Assembly: GCA_026400395.1 (NCBI GenBank)
Contig: JAPLPD010000160.1
Span: forward strand, 1,427-65,426
Length of the DNA stretch: 64,000 bases
Reading direction: 5' to 3'
From: Alphaproteobacteria bacterium
GTDB taxonomy: Bacteria > Pseudomonadota > Alphaproteobacteria > Rhizobiales > Xanthobacteraceae
The notes under the pieces are model-generated. The model did no database searches. It worked only from the letters and a program-made list of their open reading frames with translations, and was not told the DNA's origin. Position 1 is the stretch's first letter; every line of letters starts with the position of its first letter. A program made the translations under genes and the position numbers. This document shows positions 43,968 to 54,028 of this stretch, in pieces.

Positions 43968-44624
43968 CTAGAAGCCGCGGAGCGCGACCACAGTGCTCTT
44001 GAGCGCGCGCATGTCGGCGATGACGGCGCGGGCGCCGGCTTTGGTGAGCTGCGCGCCGAGGCTCGGATTGGTGTGGTTGCCGCCGATGAAGCCGATAGGC
44101 ACCATTCCCGCCGCATGGGCTGCGGAAACTCCGGCCGGCGAATCCTCCACCACGATGCAGTCGGCGGGCTGGACCCGCATCTTGGCCGCGACGTGGAGAA
44201 ACAGATCGGGCGCCGGCTTGCCGAGGGCGACGTTGCTCGCCGAGAACAGGTAGGGCTCGAAAAACCGCAGAATCCCCGTGGTCTCGAGGCTGATGCCGAC
44301 ACGATCGAGCGGGGAGGATGACGCCACGCACTTCGGCCCACGCAGCCAGGTCAGCGCGTGCTCGACATGGGCGGTGGCGCGAAGTTCGGTCCGCAGGCGC
44401 TGGAGCGTGGCGGCCGCGAGAGACGCGGCGAAATTCTCCGGCAGCTTGCGTTGGGTCGCCGTTTCGATGTCGGCGATCATGTCGGTCGGACGCCGGCCGG
44501 CGAAGAAGCGGGCGATGATGTCGGGCGAAACGGCGAATCCGGCACGGGTCAGCTCGGTGGCTGCCACGTTGGCCACGATCGATTCGCTGTCAACCAGCAC
44601 GCCGTTGCAATCAAAGATGAACAC
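43968..44624 (-). CDS. HAD-IA family hydrolase
   Basis: FDCNGVLVDSE, VASSS, KPAPD, VEDSPAG. Confidence 0.85.
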   Translation of the reverse strand: MFIFDCNGVLVDSESIVANVAATELTRAGFAVSPDIIARFFAGRRPTDMIADIETATQRKLPENFAASLAAATLQRLRTELRATAHVEHALTWLRGPKCVASSSPLDRVGISLETTGILRFFEPYLFSASNVALGKPAPDLFLHVAAKMRVQPADCIVVEDSPAGVSAAHAAGMVPIGFIGGNHTNPSLGAQLTKAGARAVIADMRALKSTVVALRGF

Positions 44625-44832
44625 GGCATATCCCCGATGCGTCCGATTCGCTCGGCCGCTGTCGTGCCTATGTTGATTCGAGTGTTGGATTATGGACGCT
44701 GGCTATCGGCAAAGTAATGCGGTCGCCTGAACCGCGGCCGTTTTGCACTGGTTTTGCACAACGATTCGCGCGCGCCCCTTGGAGAGGCGCCGCGGCACGG
44801 TCAGCAACCGTGTTGCCGTAGGGGTATTGAGG

Positions 44833-45324
44833 CTAGTTGAGCTTAGCCTTCACGTCTGCGATGCCCTGGGCAATGAGATCGTCGGCGACCTTGCCCTTGG
44901 CGGTGTCCCGCAGGATTTTCTCGGCCGCGGTGACGGCGGCGTCGGCCGCGGCGGCACGCACGTCTGCCAGTGCCTGCGCTTCGGCCTGACCGATCTTGGC
45001 CTCGGCAAGCTTGGTGCGGCGGGCGACAAACTCTTCCATCTTGACGCGCGCCTCGGCTGCGACCCGGCCGGCTTCGGCCTTGGCGTCGGAGACGATGGCT
45101 TCGGCCTCACGTTCGGCCTCGCCCTGCTTGCGCTTGTATTCCGCCAGCAGCTTGCTGGCCTCCTCGCGCAGGCGGCGGGCCTCGTCGAGTTCCGTCTTGA
45201 TGCGGGAGGCGCGGTGATCGAGCGCGTCGGTGACCTTCTTGTGCGCGCCCACGTAGATCAGCAGGACGATAAACAGCACGAAGGCGACGGCTACCCAGAA
45301 TTCCGGCTCTTTGATCATTTCCAT
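44833..45324 (-). CDS. atpF: F0 ATP synthase subunit b
   Basis: [11 protein letters not shown] followed by a charged coiled coil; operon context. Confidence 0.92.
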   Translation of the reverse strand: MEMIKEPEFWVAVAFVLFIVLLIYVGAHKKVTDALDHRASRIKTELDEARRLREEASKLLAEYKRKQGEAEREAEAIVSDAKAEAGRVAAEARVKMEEFVARRTKLAEAKIGQAEAQALADVRAAAADAAVTAAEKILRDTAKGKVADDLIAQGIADVKAKLN

Positions 45325-45334
45325 CGCCGGGCTC

Positions 45335-45865
45335 CTACCGCTTCAGCGCGTCTGCAACAGCGGCCTCGACCGCGCTGCTGGCCGGCGCGGTGCCGAGCAA
45401 CCGTTGAACAATGGCCGAGGCGGTGTCGACCGCGATGCCCTGGACGTTGCTCATGGCCGAGGTCTTGGTCGTCGCGATGGTCTTTTCGGCTTCGGCGAGC
45501 TTGGCGTTGAGCTGGCCCTCAAGCTTCTTGCGGGCCTCGTCGGCCTGCGCGTTGAGCGTGTCGCGGGTTTCGTTGGCCAGCGTCTGCGCCCGGGTCCGCG
45601 CGTCGGCCAACGACTTTTCGTAGGCCGCCAACGCGGCGTCGGACTGCTCCTTGAGCCGGTTGGCCTCGGCGAGGTCACCTTCAACCTGGCCGCGCCTGGC
45701 CTCGATGATCCCGCCGAGTCGCGGGATCGCCAGCTTTGAGATGATGACGTAAAGCGCAACGAAGAAGATCGCGAACCAGACGAGCTGGGACGCGAATGTC
45801 TCCTTGTTGAACGGCGGGAATAGCGGCTTCCCGCCTGTATGTTCGGTGTGCGCTCCGGTCGCCAT
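45335..45865 (-). CDS. F0 ATP synthase subunit b'
   Basis: FPPF...FASQLVW TM plus coiled coil. Confidence 0.9.
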   Translation of the reverse strand: MATGAHTEHTGGKPLFPPFNKETFASQLVWFAIFFVALYVIISKLAIPRLGGIIEARRGQVEGDLAEANRLKEQSDAALAAYEKSLADARTRAQTLANETRDTLNAQADEARKKLEGQLNAKLAEAEKTIATTKTSAMSNVQGIAVDTASAIVQRLLGTAPASSAVEAAVADALKR

Positions 45866-45880
45866 CGCCGCGATGCTTGC

Positions 45881-46108
45881 TTAGAGCGCGAACAGCAGCA
45901 GCAGCGCGATCAGCAGCGAGAAGATGCCGAGCGCTTCGGTCACGGCAAACCCGAAGATCAGGTTGCCGAACTGGCCCTGCGCCGCGGACGGATTGCGCAG
46001 CGCGGCGGAGAGGTAGTTGCCGAACAGGATGCCGACGCCGGCGCCTGCGCCGCCCATGCCGATGCAGGCAATGCCGGCGCCGATGTACTTGGCTGCGACT
46101 GGATCCAT
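45881..46108 (-). CDS. atpE: F0 ATP synthase subunit c
   Basis: GxGxGxG, RNP loop, proton-binding Glu (VTEALG). Confidence 0.96.
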   Translation of the reverse strand: MDPVAAKYIGAGIACIGMGGAGAGVGILFGNYLSAALRNPSAAQGQFGNLIFGFAVTEALGIFSLLIALLLLFAL

Positions 46109-46150
46109 GAGAAAACTCCTTTGAGGTTGGATTTGCTGGATTGAGATGGG

Positions 46151-46900
46151 TCAGTGACCCGGATGAATGGCGTCGTTCAGATAGATGCAGGTCAGGATAG
46201 TGAACACGTAGGCCTGAAGGAACGCGACCAGCAGTTCCAGCGCGGTCAGCGCCACCACGAGGCCGAGCGGCAGGGCCGCGCCGAAGATGCCGAAAATGCC
46301 GAGGCCGCCGAGTAGCGTGATGAAGCTCGCGAACACCTTCAGCGTTATGTGGCCCGCCAGGATATTGGCGAACAGACGGACGCTGTGCGACAGCGGCCGC
46401 GAAAGGAACGACAGCACCTCGATGATCACGATCAGCGGCAGCACGAATATCGGAATTCCATGCGGGACGAACAGGTTGAAGAACTTCAGGCCGTTCTTGT
46501 AGAAGCCGTAGAACAGCACCGTGAAGAACACCATCAGCGCCATGCAGGCGGTGATGATGATGTGGCTCGTCACCGTGAATGTGTAGGGAATCAGGCCGAT
46601 AATGTTCGCCGTCAGGATGAACATGAACAGCGTGAACACCAGCGGGAAGAACTTCATGCCTTCCTTGCCGGCGGTGCTGTTTAGCGTATCGGCTACGAAC
46701 TCGTAGGACAGTTCGGCGATCGACTGCAGCCGGCCCGGCACCATCGCCCGGCGCGTGCTGCCGCCGATGAGCAGCGCCCAGATGCCGACCACGGTGATCG
46801 CCATGAACAGCGCGGAATTGGTGAACGCGATTTCGTGCCCGCCGATATGGCCGAGCGTCGCGATCTTGGTGATCTCAAACTGGTGAATTGGATCGGCCAT
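46151..46900 (-). CDS. atpB: F0 ATP synthase subunit a
   Basis: [26 protein letters not shown]. Confidence 0.96.
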   Translation of the reverse strand: MADPIHQFEITKIATLGHIGGHEIAFTNSALFMAITVVGIWALLIGGSTRRAMVPGRLQSIAELSYEFVADTLNSTAGKEGMKFFPLVFTLFMFILTANIIGLIPYTFTVTSHIIITACMALMVFFTVLFYGFYKNGLKFFNLFVPHGIPIFVLPLIVIIEVLSFLSRPLSHSVRLFANILAGHITLKVFASFITLLGGLGIFGIFGAALPLGLVVALTALELLVAFLQAYVFTILTCIYLNDAIHPGH

Positions 46901-46933
46901 CGCCGGGAGATTCCTGCAGTCCTGTTCGCGAAA

Positions 46934-47296
46934 CTATTGCGGCTTCTGTCCCGGTCCGCTGGAAACACCCGCGGCGCGCATCACATTGAGCACGCCGGCA
47001 GCGAATCCCAGCAAAAGAAACACAATCATCCCCCACGGCGAAATTCCGAGCCACTTGTCCAGCACCCAGCCGACGAACGCACCGACCAGGACACCGGCGA
47101 CCAGTTCGGTGGAAAGGCGGAACCCGCGGGCGATTGCCGACGGATCGCTCTTCGAACCGGACTGAGTTTCGACCTCCGGACCCGGCCCCTTTTGATGGGC
47201 GAGCCGTTTGCCGAGACTCTGAAGCCTCGCGGAGAGAGCGGCCTCTTCGGCTGATCGGCCCCTGTTCCCGCCCGTTCCGTCCGTGTCGCCGGCCAT
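46934..47296 (-). CDS. atpI: AtpZ/AtpI family protein
   Basis: ELVAGVLVG..GW.LD..LG.SPWG..GF.AG..NV; first gene of the F0 operon. Confidence 0.85.
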   Translation of the reverse strand: MAGDTDGTGGNRGRSAEEAALSARLQSLGKRLAHQKGPGPEVETQSGSKSDPSAIARGFRLSTELVAGVLVGAFVGWVLDKWLGISPWGMIVFLLLGFAAGVLNVMRAAGVSSGPGQKPQ

Positions 47297-47502
47297 GTTT
47301 CCGCGGCCCTATTTTGACACCGACGTTGCGCGCAAACCCAGGTAAAACCTGCCATCCCAAAAAGCCGCGCGGACGATAGTGTTTGGGGGTATTCGAGTCA
47401 AGAAACCGCCACAGCGCCGCGCCCCCGGCGCATGGCATAAGTTGGCGTTTTCTGTAATGTTTCGGCCAAACAGCCGCGGCGCGCGGCGATCAGGAGGACG
47501 CC

Positions 47503-48456
47503 ATGCGAGGAATGTTCCGTGCGGTTTTGTGCTGTCTGACCGTGCTTGCGGTGACGCCCGCCGTGGCCGCCGAGAAGCTTCGCGTGGTCAAGGCCGTGGC
47601 GTTCGCCTGGACCTTCACGCCGCTCGACGTCGGCATCCAGACCGGCATCTTCGCCAAGCACGGCCTTGAGGTCGAGGCGTCGGCCGCCGCCGGCGACGCC
47701 AAATTGCAGCAGGCCCTGACTGCCGACAGCGCCGACATCGGCATCGGCAGCGGTCCCGGCATGGCTTTCATGGCGAAGGGGGTCCCGGCCAAGACCGTGG
47801 CCGTGATGTACGGCGTGCCGAAGAATATGGCGGTGATGGTGGCCTATGATTCGCCGATCAAGACGGTCGATGACCTCAAGGGCAAGAAGCTCGGCTGCAC
47901 CACCGTCGGATCGCTGACCCATTGGATCGGCGGGCGCATCAACCAGGTCAAAGGCTGGGGCTCATCCGGCATCACCATGGTGCCGATCGGCGGCATGCCG
48001 CCGGCGCGCGCCGCGATGAAGACCGGACAGATTGACGGCTATATTGGCGCGCTTGAAAGCGGCTACGCGCTCGAGGAGCAGAAGGAGTGGCGCGTCATCA
48101 CCAGCGCCACGCCGTTCGTCGAGGACTTCATCACCCATGTGTTCTTCGCGCGCGAGGAACTGATCCAGAAGAAGCCGGAAATGGTGAAAGCCTTCCTGCG
48201 CGGCTGGATGGAAACCATCGCTTTCATGAAGGCGAACAAGGACAAGACGGTCGAGATCACCTCCAAGGTGATTAACGTGCCGCCATCGGTCGCCGCGCGC
48301 GCCTACGACGAGCAGATCGGCAACTTCAGCACCGACGGCACCTTCGATCCGAAGGCGGTGGCGGTGCTCAAGGCTTCGTTCCTCGACATGGGGCTCCTGA
48401 AGGAAACGCCCACCGACGACACCATCCTGACCAAGCAGTTCGTACCGATAAAATAG
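47503..48456 (+). CDS. ABC substrate-binding protein, NMT1/SsuA/THI5-like
   Basis: Signal peptide; G.FAKHGLEVE, DLKGKKLG.T..GS.T. Confidence 0.85.
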   Translation: MRGMFRAVLCCLTVLAVTPAVAAEKLRVVKAVAFAWTFTPLDVGIQTGIFAKHGLEVEASAAAGDAKLQQALTADSADIGIGSGPGMAFMAKGVPAKTVAVMYGVPKNMAVMVAYDSPIKTVDDLKGKKLGCTTVGSLTHWIGGRINQVKGWGSSGITMVPIGGMPPARAAMKTGQIDGYIGALESGYALEEQKEWRVITSATPFVEDFITHVFFAREELIQKKPEMVKAFLRGWMETIAFMKANKDKTVEITSKVINVPPSVAARAYDEQIGNFSTDGTFDPKAVAVLKASFLDMGLLKETPTDDTILTKQFVPIK

Positions 48457-48471
48457 ATCGGCGAGCCCGGC

Positions 48472-49296
48472 ATGCGCAGCGCCATGATCGATCCGGCTGC
48501 AATTCTGAACCGCATTCTCGACTATGCGGCGCAGAATCTGCGGGTTGAGAAGCTGCTGCTTCAACTGGGGCTCGATCCGGCCAACATCACCTACGATGTG
48601 GTGTTCAACCGCCTGCTGGACATCGCGCTGGCGAACTTGACGTTCGTCAATATGCTGGCGCTAGTCGGAGCGGCGTTCTACGTCGCGACCTTGCTGGTGC
48701 GCACCATCGTGCCGCTGCGTGTCATCGGCATCATCAGCATCGTGTTCTTCATCGCCTACGGCGCGCTGGCCGGCGCAATGGCGACGCTGCTGATGTATCT
48801 GCTGTCGCTGCCGATCAACGTCTTTCGCCTGCGGCAGATGCTCGTCCTGGCCAAGAAGGCGCGGGAGTCGGCCCAGGGCGACCTGTCGATCGAATGGCTG
48901 CGGCCGTTCATGACGCCGCGAAAGTGCAAGAAAAACGAGGTGCTGTTTCACAAGGGCGATGTCGCCAAGGAAATGTTCTACACGGTCAGCGGCATGTTCC
49001 TGGTCAAGGAGATCGGCATCCAGCTGCCGCCGGGGCGGATCATGGGCGAACTCGGCTTCATCGATCCGAAGAACCGGCGGACCGGCACGGTCGAAAGCCT
49101 GGAGGACGGCGAGGTGCTGTTCATCACCTACGACCGGCTGCTTGAGCTTTATTTCCAGAATCCCGATTTCGGTTATTACTTCCTGCGTCTCACCACGGAG
49201 CGCCTGATGCAGAACATCGGGCGTCTCGAAGGCAGCCTCGACGCGCACCGGGCTAAACTGCTGGCGGCGCAGGCCGGCGCGAAAGCCCCCGGCTGA
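48472..49296 (+). CDS. Membrane-anchored cyclic-nucleotide-binding protein (no HTH)
   Basis: TM block (TIVPLRVIGI...LPINVFRL) then a cNMP domain (VLFHKGD, MGELGF, RTGTV); ends soon after. Confidence 0.8.
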   Translation: MRSAMIDPAAILNRILDYAAQNLRVEKLLLQLGLDPANITYDVVFNRLLDIALANLTFVNMLALVGAAFYVATLLVRTIVPLRVIGIISIVFFIAYGALAGAMATLLMYLLSLPINVFRLRQMLVLAKKARESAQGDLSIEWLRPFMTPRKCKKNEVLFHKGDVAKEMFYTVSGMFLVKEIGIQLPPGRIMGELGFIDPKNRRTGTVESLEDGEVLFITYDRLLELYFQNPDFGYYFLRLTTERLMQNIGRLEGSLDAHRAKLLAAQAGAKAPG

Positions 49297-49322
49297 CCCG
49301 TGGGCCTCCGCGGGTTCGTTCG

Positions 49323-50177
49323 TCAGACGTCGACCCGCAGACCTTCGCTGGCGACGATGGTGCCCGCCCGCGCCGCGTTTGCATCGGCCTTGATGCGGTC
49401 CATGAAGGTGTCGTCGTGCTCCGGATCGTGATGGAACAGACAGAGCTGGCCGACGCCCGCGGCGTTGGCGACGCGCACGCCCTGTTGCCAGCTCGAATGG
49501 CCCCAGCTGGCGTGGGACGGCAATTCCTCGTTGGTGTAGGTCGCATCGATGATCATCAGGGAGACGCCCCTGGTCAGTTCCAGCAGCGCTTCGTCGATGG
49601 GGCCGTCGCCGAGTTCGATATCGGTGACGTAGGCAACCGAGCGGCCGCCGTAATCGATCCGGTAGCCGATGGCGCCGCCGGGATGGTTGAGCGGGGCCGT
49701 TCGGATTTGGATGCCGGGCTGCGGCTCAAGCACTTCGCCGGCATGAAAGTCGCGAAAGTCGAGTTCCGCATGCAACGCATCGACCTGCAGCGGGAACAGC
49801 GGAAAGCTCATCAGCTTGCGTACCGCCTCGTGGACGCCGCCGACGCGCCGCAAATTGCCGGCCCAGACGCGCACCATCTGGCCAGTCACGAAAAGCGGTG
49901 CGAAGAAAGGCAGGCCGACGACGTGATCGATATGGCCGTGGCTCAGAAAGATGTCGTAGGCGGGGGTGTTGGCCTCTTTGACCAGCGCGTTGCCCAGGGC
50001 GCGGACGCCGGTGCCGGCATCGAAGATCAGGATATTTTTGCCGCAACGGATTTCGACGCATGAGGTATTGCCGCCATATCGCCACGTCTCCTGCCCGGGG
50101 CAGGCAATGCTTCCCCGGACACCCCAGAATCGAACTGAAAACGAGGGTGACTGCGCCGCCGCCTCATCCAATGCCAT
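49323..50177 (-). CDS. MBL-fold metallo-hydrolase (RNase Z/phosphodiesterase-like)
   Basis: FWGVRGS, YGGNTSC, FDAGTG, SHGHIDH, HPGG, DATY, FHHDP. Confidence 0.88.
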   Translation of the reverse strand: MALDEAAAQSPSFSVRFWGVRGSIACPGQETWRYGGNTSCVEIRCGKNILIFDAGTGVRALGNALVKEANTPAYDIFLSHGHIDHVVGLPFFAPLFVTGQMVRVWAGNLRRVGGVHEAVRKLMSFPLFPLQVDALHAELDFRDFHAGEVLEPQPGIQIRTAPLNHPGGAIGYRIDYGGRSVAYVTDIELGDGPIDEALLELTRGVSLMIIDATYTNEELPSHASWGHSSWQQGVRVANAAGVGQLCLFHHDPEHDDTFMDRIKADANAARAGTIVASEGLRVDV

Positions 50178-50430
50178 TACCGAAATTCCATGCCCCGGAT
50201 TTTACGCAGCCGCAACCGCCAGTCAGCGATCATCGCTCAACCGCAGGCCCCCAACTGATGCCGTCATCGTCATGTGAGCGCAGTCCATGTACGTCCCCCC
50301 GGAGCGGTATTGTGCAGCCCACCATCATGCGAAAAGCCCGGCGCGTGAAGTGCGAAACGTCACACAACGCTTTTCTCTTTTATTTTCAGATGGTTACGAC
50401 GAGGATCATGGCGGGGAGCTGGCCTTTCGG

Positions 50431-52647
50431 CTATTTTGACTCCAGCGCAAACGCTCCATCCCAGTCGTCCGGCGGCGGAGTGACTTGGAAATGGCGGACC
50501 CGTTTGGAATAGATCTCGTAAAGAGTTCTGAAGCTGTGCTCGCCGCCGGCCGCGAGCCCTTCTTCGATCGCCGCCAGCGCGCCTGTCCAGTTCCGGCTGC
50601 GATAATGTGAGAGCATTCTCACGTTGAGTTCGTGCCAGCGCTGGAAGCGTTCCGAGTTGATCATGTCTTCGCGGCCGACGATGGAATAGACGACCTCCGG
50701 TTCCTTCTTGCCCTTGACTGCGATGAAGTCCAGTTCCAGCAGCGCGAATTTGTCCTTCGCAACGCTTGCCGTGCGTGAGCCGATGATGATCGGCAGCCCG
50801 TAGGATTTGCATTGGCCTTCCAGGCGGGAGGCGAGATTGACGCTGTCGCCCAGCACCGAATAGTCGAAGCGCAAATCGGAGCCCATGTTGCCGACCACGC
50901 AACGGCCGGTGTTGATGCCGACGCCGATGTTGATCGGCAGAAACAGCGAGCCGTTGACCTTCGACGCCTCCTCGCGCTCGCGATTGAGCCGGTCGACCCG
51001 TTCGAGCATGTCGAGCGCGGCTTCGCAGGCGTTGAGTTCGTGGATCGGGTCGGAGAGCGGCGCGTTCCAGAACGCCATGATGGCGTCGCCCATGTATTTA
51101 TCGATGGTGCCCTTGCGGTCGATGATGGCGTTGGTCAGCGGGGTCAGGAAGCTGTTCATCAGCGCCGTCAGGCCCTGTGGGTCGTCCTTGTAGACCTCCG
51201 AGATGGTGGTGAAGCCGCGGACATCGCTGAACATGATCGTCATGTTGCGCGCCTCGCCGCCAAGCACGAGCTTCTCCGGCGACTGCGCGAGCTGCTCGAC
51301 CAGGGCGGGCGAGAGATATTGTCCGAACGCCGAACGAATCTGGCGCCGCTGCGCCTGCTCCTTGACGAAATTGGTGAACACCAGCGTGACGTAGATCAGC
51401 AGGCTCGACAGCAGCGGAAAGGTGAAATCCAGCAGCAGCTTTAGTTCGGAGAAAAAGTACCACGAGCCGCCGACCAGTAGCGCGATCATCAGGGCGCCGA
51501 ACAGCAGCAGATAGACGGGGCCAAGGATCGGCGCGATGATGATGATGAGGGCGCCCAGCACAGCGGCCGCGCCGAGTTCGGCCGCGACCGCGTAGTTCGG
51601 CTGCGACAGCACCGATTTGCTGAGAATGCTTTCCAGAACCTGCGCTTGGATTTCGACGCCAGGCATGGTGGGATCGTTCGGCGTCGTCTTCAGATCGAGC
51701 AGGCCCGCGGCCGACGTGCCGACCAGCACCAGTCGCTGCGCTACGCGGTCGGCGGGGACGCGCCCCTCAATCAGGTCGAGCGCCGAAATGTAGCGCGCCT
51801 TGTCGTGCGGCGCGAAATGCACCCAGAGCTGGGCGTTGCGGTCGGTCGGCATCTCGAACCCGGGAAGCGCCACGCTGGTGACCCCGGCTCCGTCCATCCG
51901 GATCAGGATGGTGCTGGCCCCGGTCGCCACCCGCAACATCTCGAACGACAGCGACGGCATGATGTTGCCCTGCGCCTGCATGGCCATCGGAATACGGCGC
52001 ACGATGCCGTCGCGCTCGGTGCGGATGCTGAACAGGCCGCGGCCGGACGCGGCGTGTTCCAGGACCGGCACGTTGCGCAGCAGGCCGGGGAAGCTGAACA
52101 GAAATGCCTTCGGATCGCCGCCGCGGGCCGCCACGCCGCCGATCGGCGGCTGGCCTTCGGTCTGCGGCACCGGTGTCGGCAGTCCGGTTACGCCGAGCAC
52201 CACGCGCGACCGCTTGAGGGCATCCGCCATGATTTGGTCGTTGCTGGGAAGCGCGCGCAGCTTGTTGCGCGTTTCCTCGTCAAGGTCGCGATAGACGTCC
52301 GCCGCGAGCGCCGGAGACAGCCGGTCGGGTTCGGCAAAAATCACGTCGAAGCCGATGGCGGCGGCGCCCAGCTCGGTCAGGCGCGTGATCATTTCGGCGA
52401 TGCGGGTGCGGGGCCACGGAAACTGCCCGAGTTTGCGCAGGCTTTGCTCGTCGATGTCGACGATAACCACCGGCCGCTGCGTGGCGACGCGCGGCTGGAT
52501 GACCTGGAAAATATCGAAAGCTCGCAGGCGAAGTTCTTCAAGCGGGCCGGGATCGGAGACGCGCATGAACAAGAGGGCAAGCAGCAGCACGACGCACAAG
52601 GCGCGGGCGGATGTGAGCCACCGCTTCAGATTATTGAGCCATTTCAT
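50431..52647 (-). CDS. CHASE2-domain class III adenylate cyclase
   Basis: VDIDEQSL..GQFPWPR, three TM helices, FSDVRGFT, DKYMGDA, DYSVLGDSVNLASRLE (Lys/Asp pair of ATP-specific enzymes). Confidence 0.92.
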   Translation of the reverse strand: MKWLNNLKRWLTSARALCVVLLLALLFMRVSDPGPLEELRLRAFDIFQVIQPRVATQRPVVIVDIDEQSLRKLGQFPWPRTRIAEMITRLTELGAAAIGFDVIFAEPDRLSPALAADVYRDLDEETRNKLRALPSNDQIMADALKRSRVVLGVTGLPTPVPQTEGQPPIGGVAARGGDPKAFLFSFPGLLRNVPVLEHAASGRGLFSIRTERDGIVRRIPMAMQAQGNIMPSLSFEMLRVATGASTILIRMDGAGVTSVALPGFEMPTDRNAQLWVHFAPHDKARYISALDLIEGRVPADRVAQRLVLVGTSAAGLLDLKTTPNDPTMPGVEIQAQVLESILSKSVLSQPNYAVAAELGAAAVLGALIIIIAPILGPVYLLLFGALMIALLVGGSWYFFSELKLLLDFTFPLLSSLLIYVTLVFTNFVKEQAQRRQIRSAFGQYLSPALVEQLAQSPEKLVLGGEARNMTIMFSDVRGFTTISEVYKDDPQGLTALMNSFLTPLTNAIIDRKGTIDKYMGDAIMAFWNAPLSDPIHELNACEAALDMLERVDRLNREREEASKVNGSLFLPINIGVGINTGRCVVGNMGSDLRFDYSVLGDSVNLASRLEGQCKSYGLPIIIGSRTASVAKDKFALLELDFIAVKGKKEPEVVYSIVGREDMINSERFQRWHELNVRMLSHYRSRNWTGALAAIEEGLAAGGEHSFRTLYEIYSKRVRHFQVTPPPDDWDGAFALESK

Positions 52648-52692
52648 AATGCACCGCCTCGAACGCACGCCTGCGGGCGTGCCCGTCCCCCG

Positions 52693-54018
52693 TCACTTCT
52701 CCCGGAACGTCCGCATCAGTTGATCATGGAGCGGCTTGATAAAATAGGAAATCATCGTCCGGTCCCCGGTCTGAACGAACGCCTCGACCGGCATCCCCGG
52801 TACCATACGGAGTTCGCCGAGCTTGGCCACTTCGTCGGCCGGCATGGCGATCCGGATTGTGTAGAAGGTCTGCCCGGTGCGCTGGTCGGTGGAGGCGTCG
52901 GCGGAGATGCGGGTGACAGTTCCGTAGATTTCCGGGGTGGTGCGCTGGTTGAAGGCTGACAGGCGCAGCAGCGCTAGCTGTCCCTGCCGCACCTGGTCGA
53001 TATCCTGCGGATTCACCTTGGCCTCCACCGTCAGGTTATCGGCGTCGGGGACGATCATCATGATGGCGTCGCCGGCGGTGATGACGCCGCCGACCGTGTG
53101 CACGTTGGACTGGAACACCATGCCATCCTGCGGCGAGCGGATTTCGATGCGTTTGAGCTGGTCTTCGGCGGTGATCTTGCGCTCGACGAACTCGCCGATC
53201 TTGCCGTCGATCTCGCGGGTTTCCTTGGCCACCTCGCTGCTCAGATCGCGGTCGATCTGGATGATCTGCAACTCGGTCTCGGAAATCTTGCCGGCGACCT
53301 GAGCGGTTTGCGCGATCAACTGCGCGGCTTCGCCCTCCAGTCGCACCGCGGCGCGCTCAAGCTCGGTCAGCCGCGTCAGCGGAACGAGCTTCTGCTTCCA
53401 CAGGTCGTAGACGCCTTCCTTTTCGCGGTCGATCAGCTTGGTTTCTTTTTCCTTGGACTCGCGCTGGGCCTTGAGGCCGCGCACCTCTTCGTTGAGCTGT
53501 TCGATCCGCTGCCGGAGTTGTGCCTTCTGGCCGGTGCGCGCCGAGCTGCGCAACTCGAACAACTTACGCTCGCCGTCGACGATCGGCGCGATGTCGGGAT
53601 CGCTGGCGCGGGCCAGAAGGTCGGCTGGAAACTTGACCAGGCCGAGTCCGTCGCGCTCGCTCTCAAGGCGCGCCTTTCGCGCGTTTAATTCATCCAGACC
53701 CTTGGTGACGATGGCAAGGTTGGCGCGGGTGACCGTATCGTCGAGGCGCACCACGATGTCGCCCTGCTTGACGCGGTCGCCGTCGCGCACGCGAAGCTCG
53801 CCGACGATGCCGCCGGTCGGGTGCTGGACCTTCTTCACGTTACTGTCGACCACGACCGAGCCTTGGGCGATCAGCGCCCCGGACAGCGTCATGGTGCCGG
53901 CCCAGCCGCCGACGCCGCCGGCCAATACGATGACGATCGCGAGCCCCGCCAGGGTGTGCCGGCTGATCGATTGCCGGGTGTTCCAAGGGCGCGCCGGGGT
54001 GGGGAGTTGGGGGTTCAT
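52693..54018 (-). CDS. HlyD/PrtE-family type I secretion adaptor
   Basis: KKVQHPTGG, VRDGDRV, IRSPQDG, GMPVEAFVQTG.RT.ISY. Confidence 0.93.
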   Translation of the reverse strand: MNPQLPTPARPWNTRQSISRHTLAGLAIVIVLAGGVGGWAGTMTLSGALIAQGSVVVDSNVKKVQHPTGGIVGELRVRDGDRVKQGDIVVRLDDTVTRANLAIVTKGLDELNARKARLESERDGLGLVKFPADLLARASDPDIAPIVDGERKLFELRSSARTGQKAQLRQRIEQLNEEVRGLKAQRESKEKETKLIDREKEGVYDLWKQKLVPLTRLTELERAAVRLEGEAAQLIAQTAQVAGKISETELQIIQIDRDLSSEVAKETREIDGKIGEFVERKITAEDQLKRIEIRSPQDGMVFQSNVHTVGGVITAGDAIMMIVPDADNLTVEAKVNPQDIDQVRQGQLALLRLSAFNQRTTPEIYGTVTRISADASTDQRTGQTFYTIRIAMPADEVAKLGELRMVPGMPVEAFVQTGDRTMISYFIKPLHDQLMRTFREK

Positions 54019-54028
54019 GACGGGCCCC

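Noticed and set aside
47425-47450. Sigma-54 -24/-12 promoter upstream of the binding protein gene
   Set aside because: The GG-to-GC spacing in TGGCATAAGTTGGC is one base short of the strict requirement.
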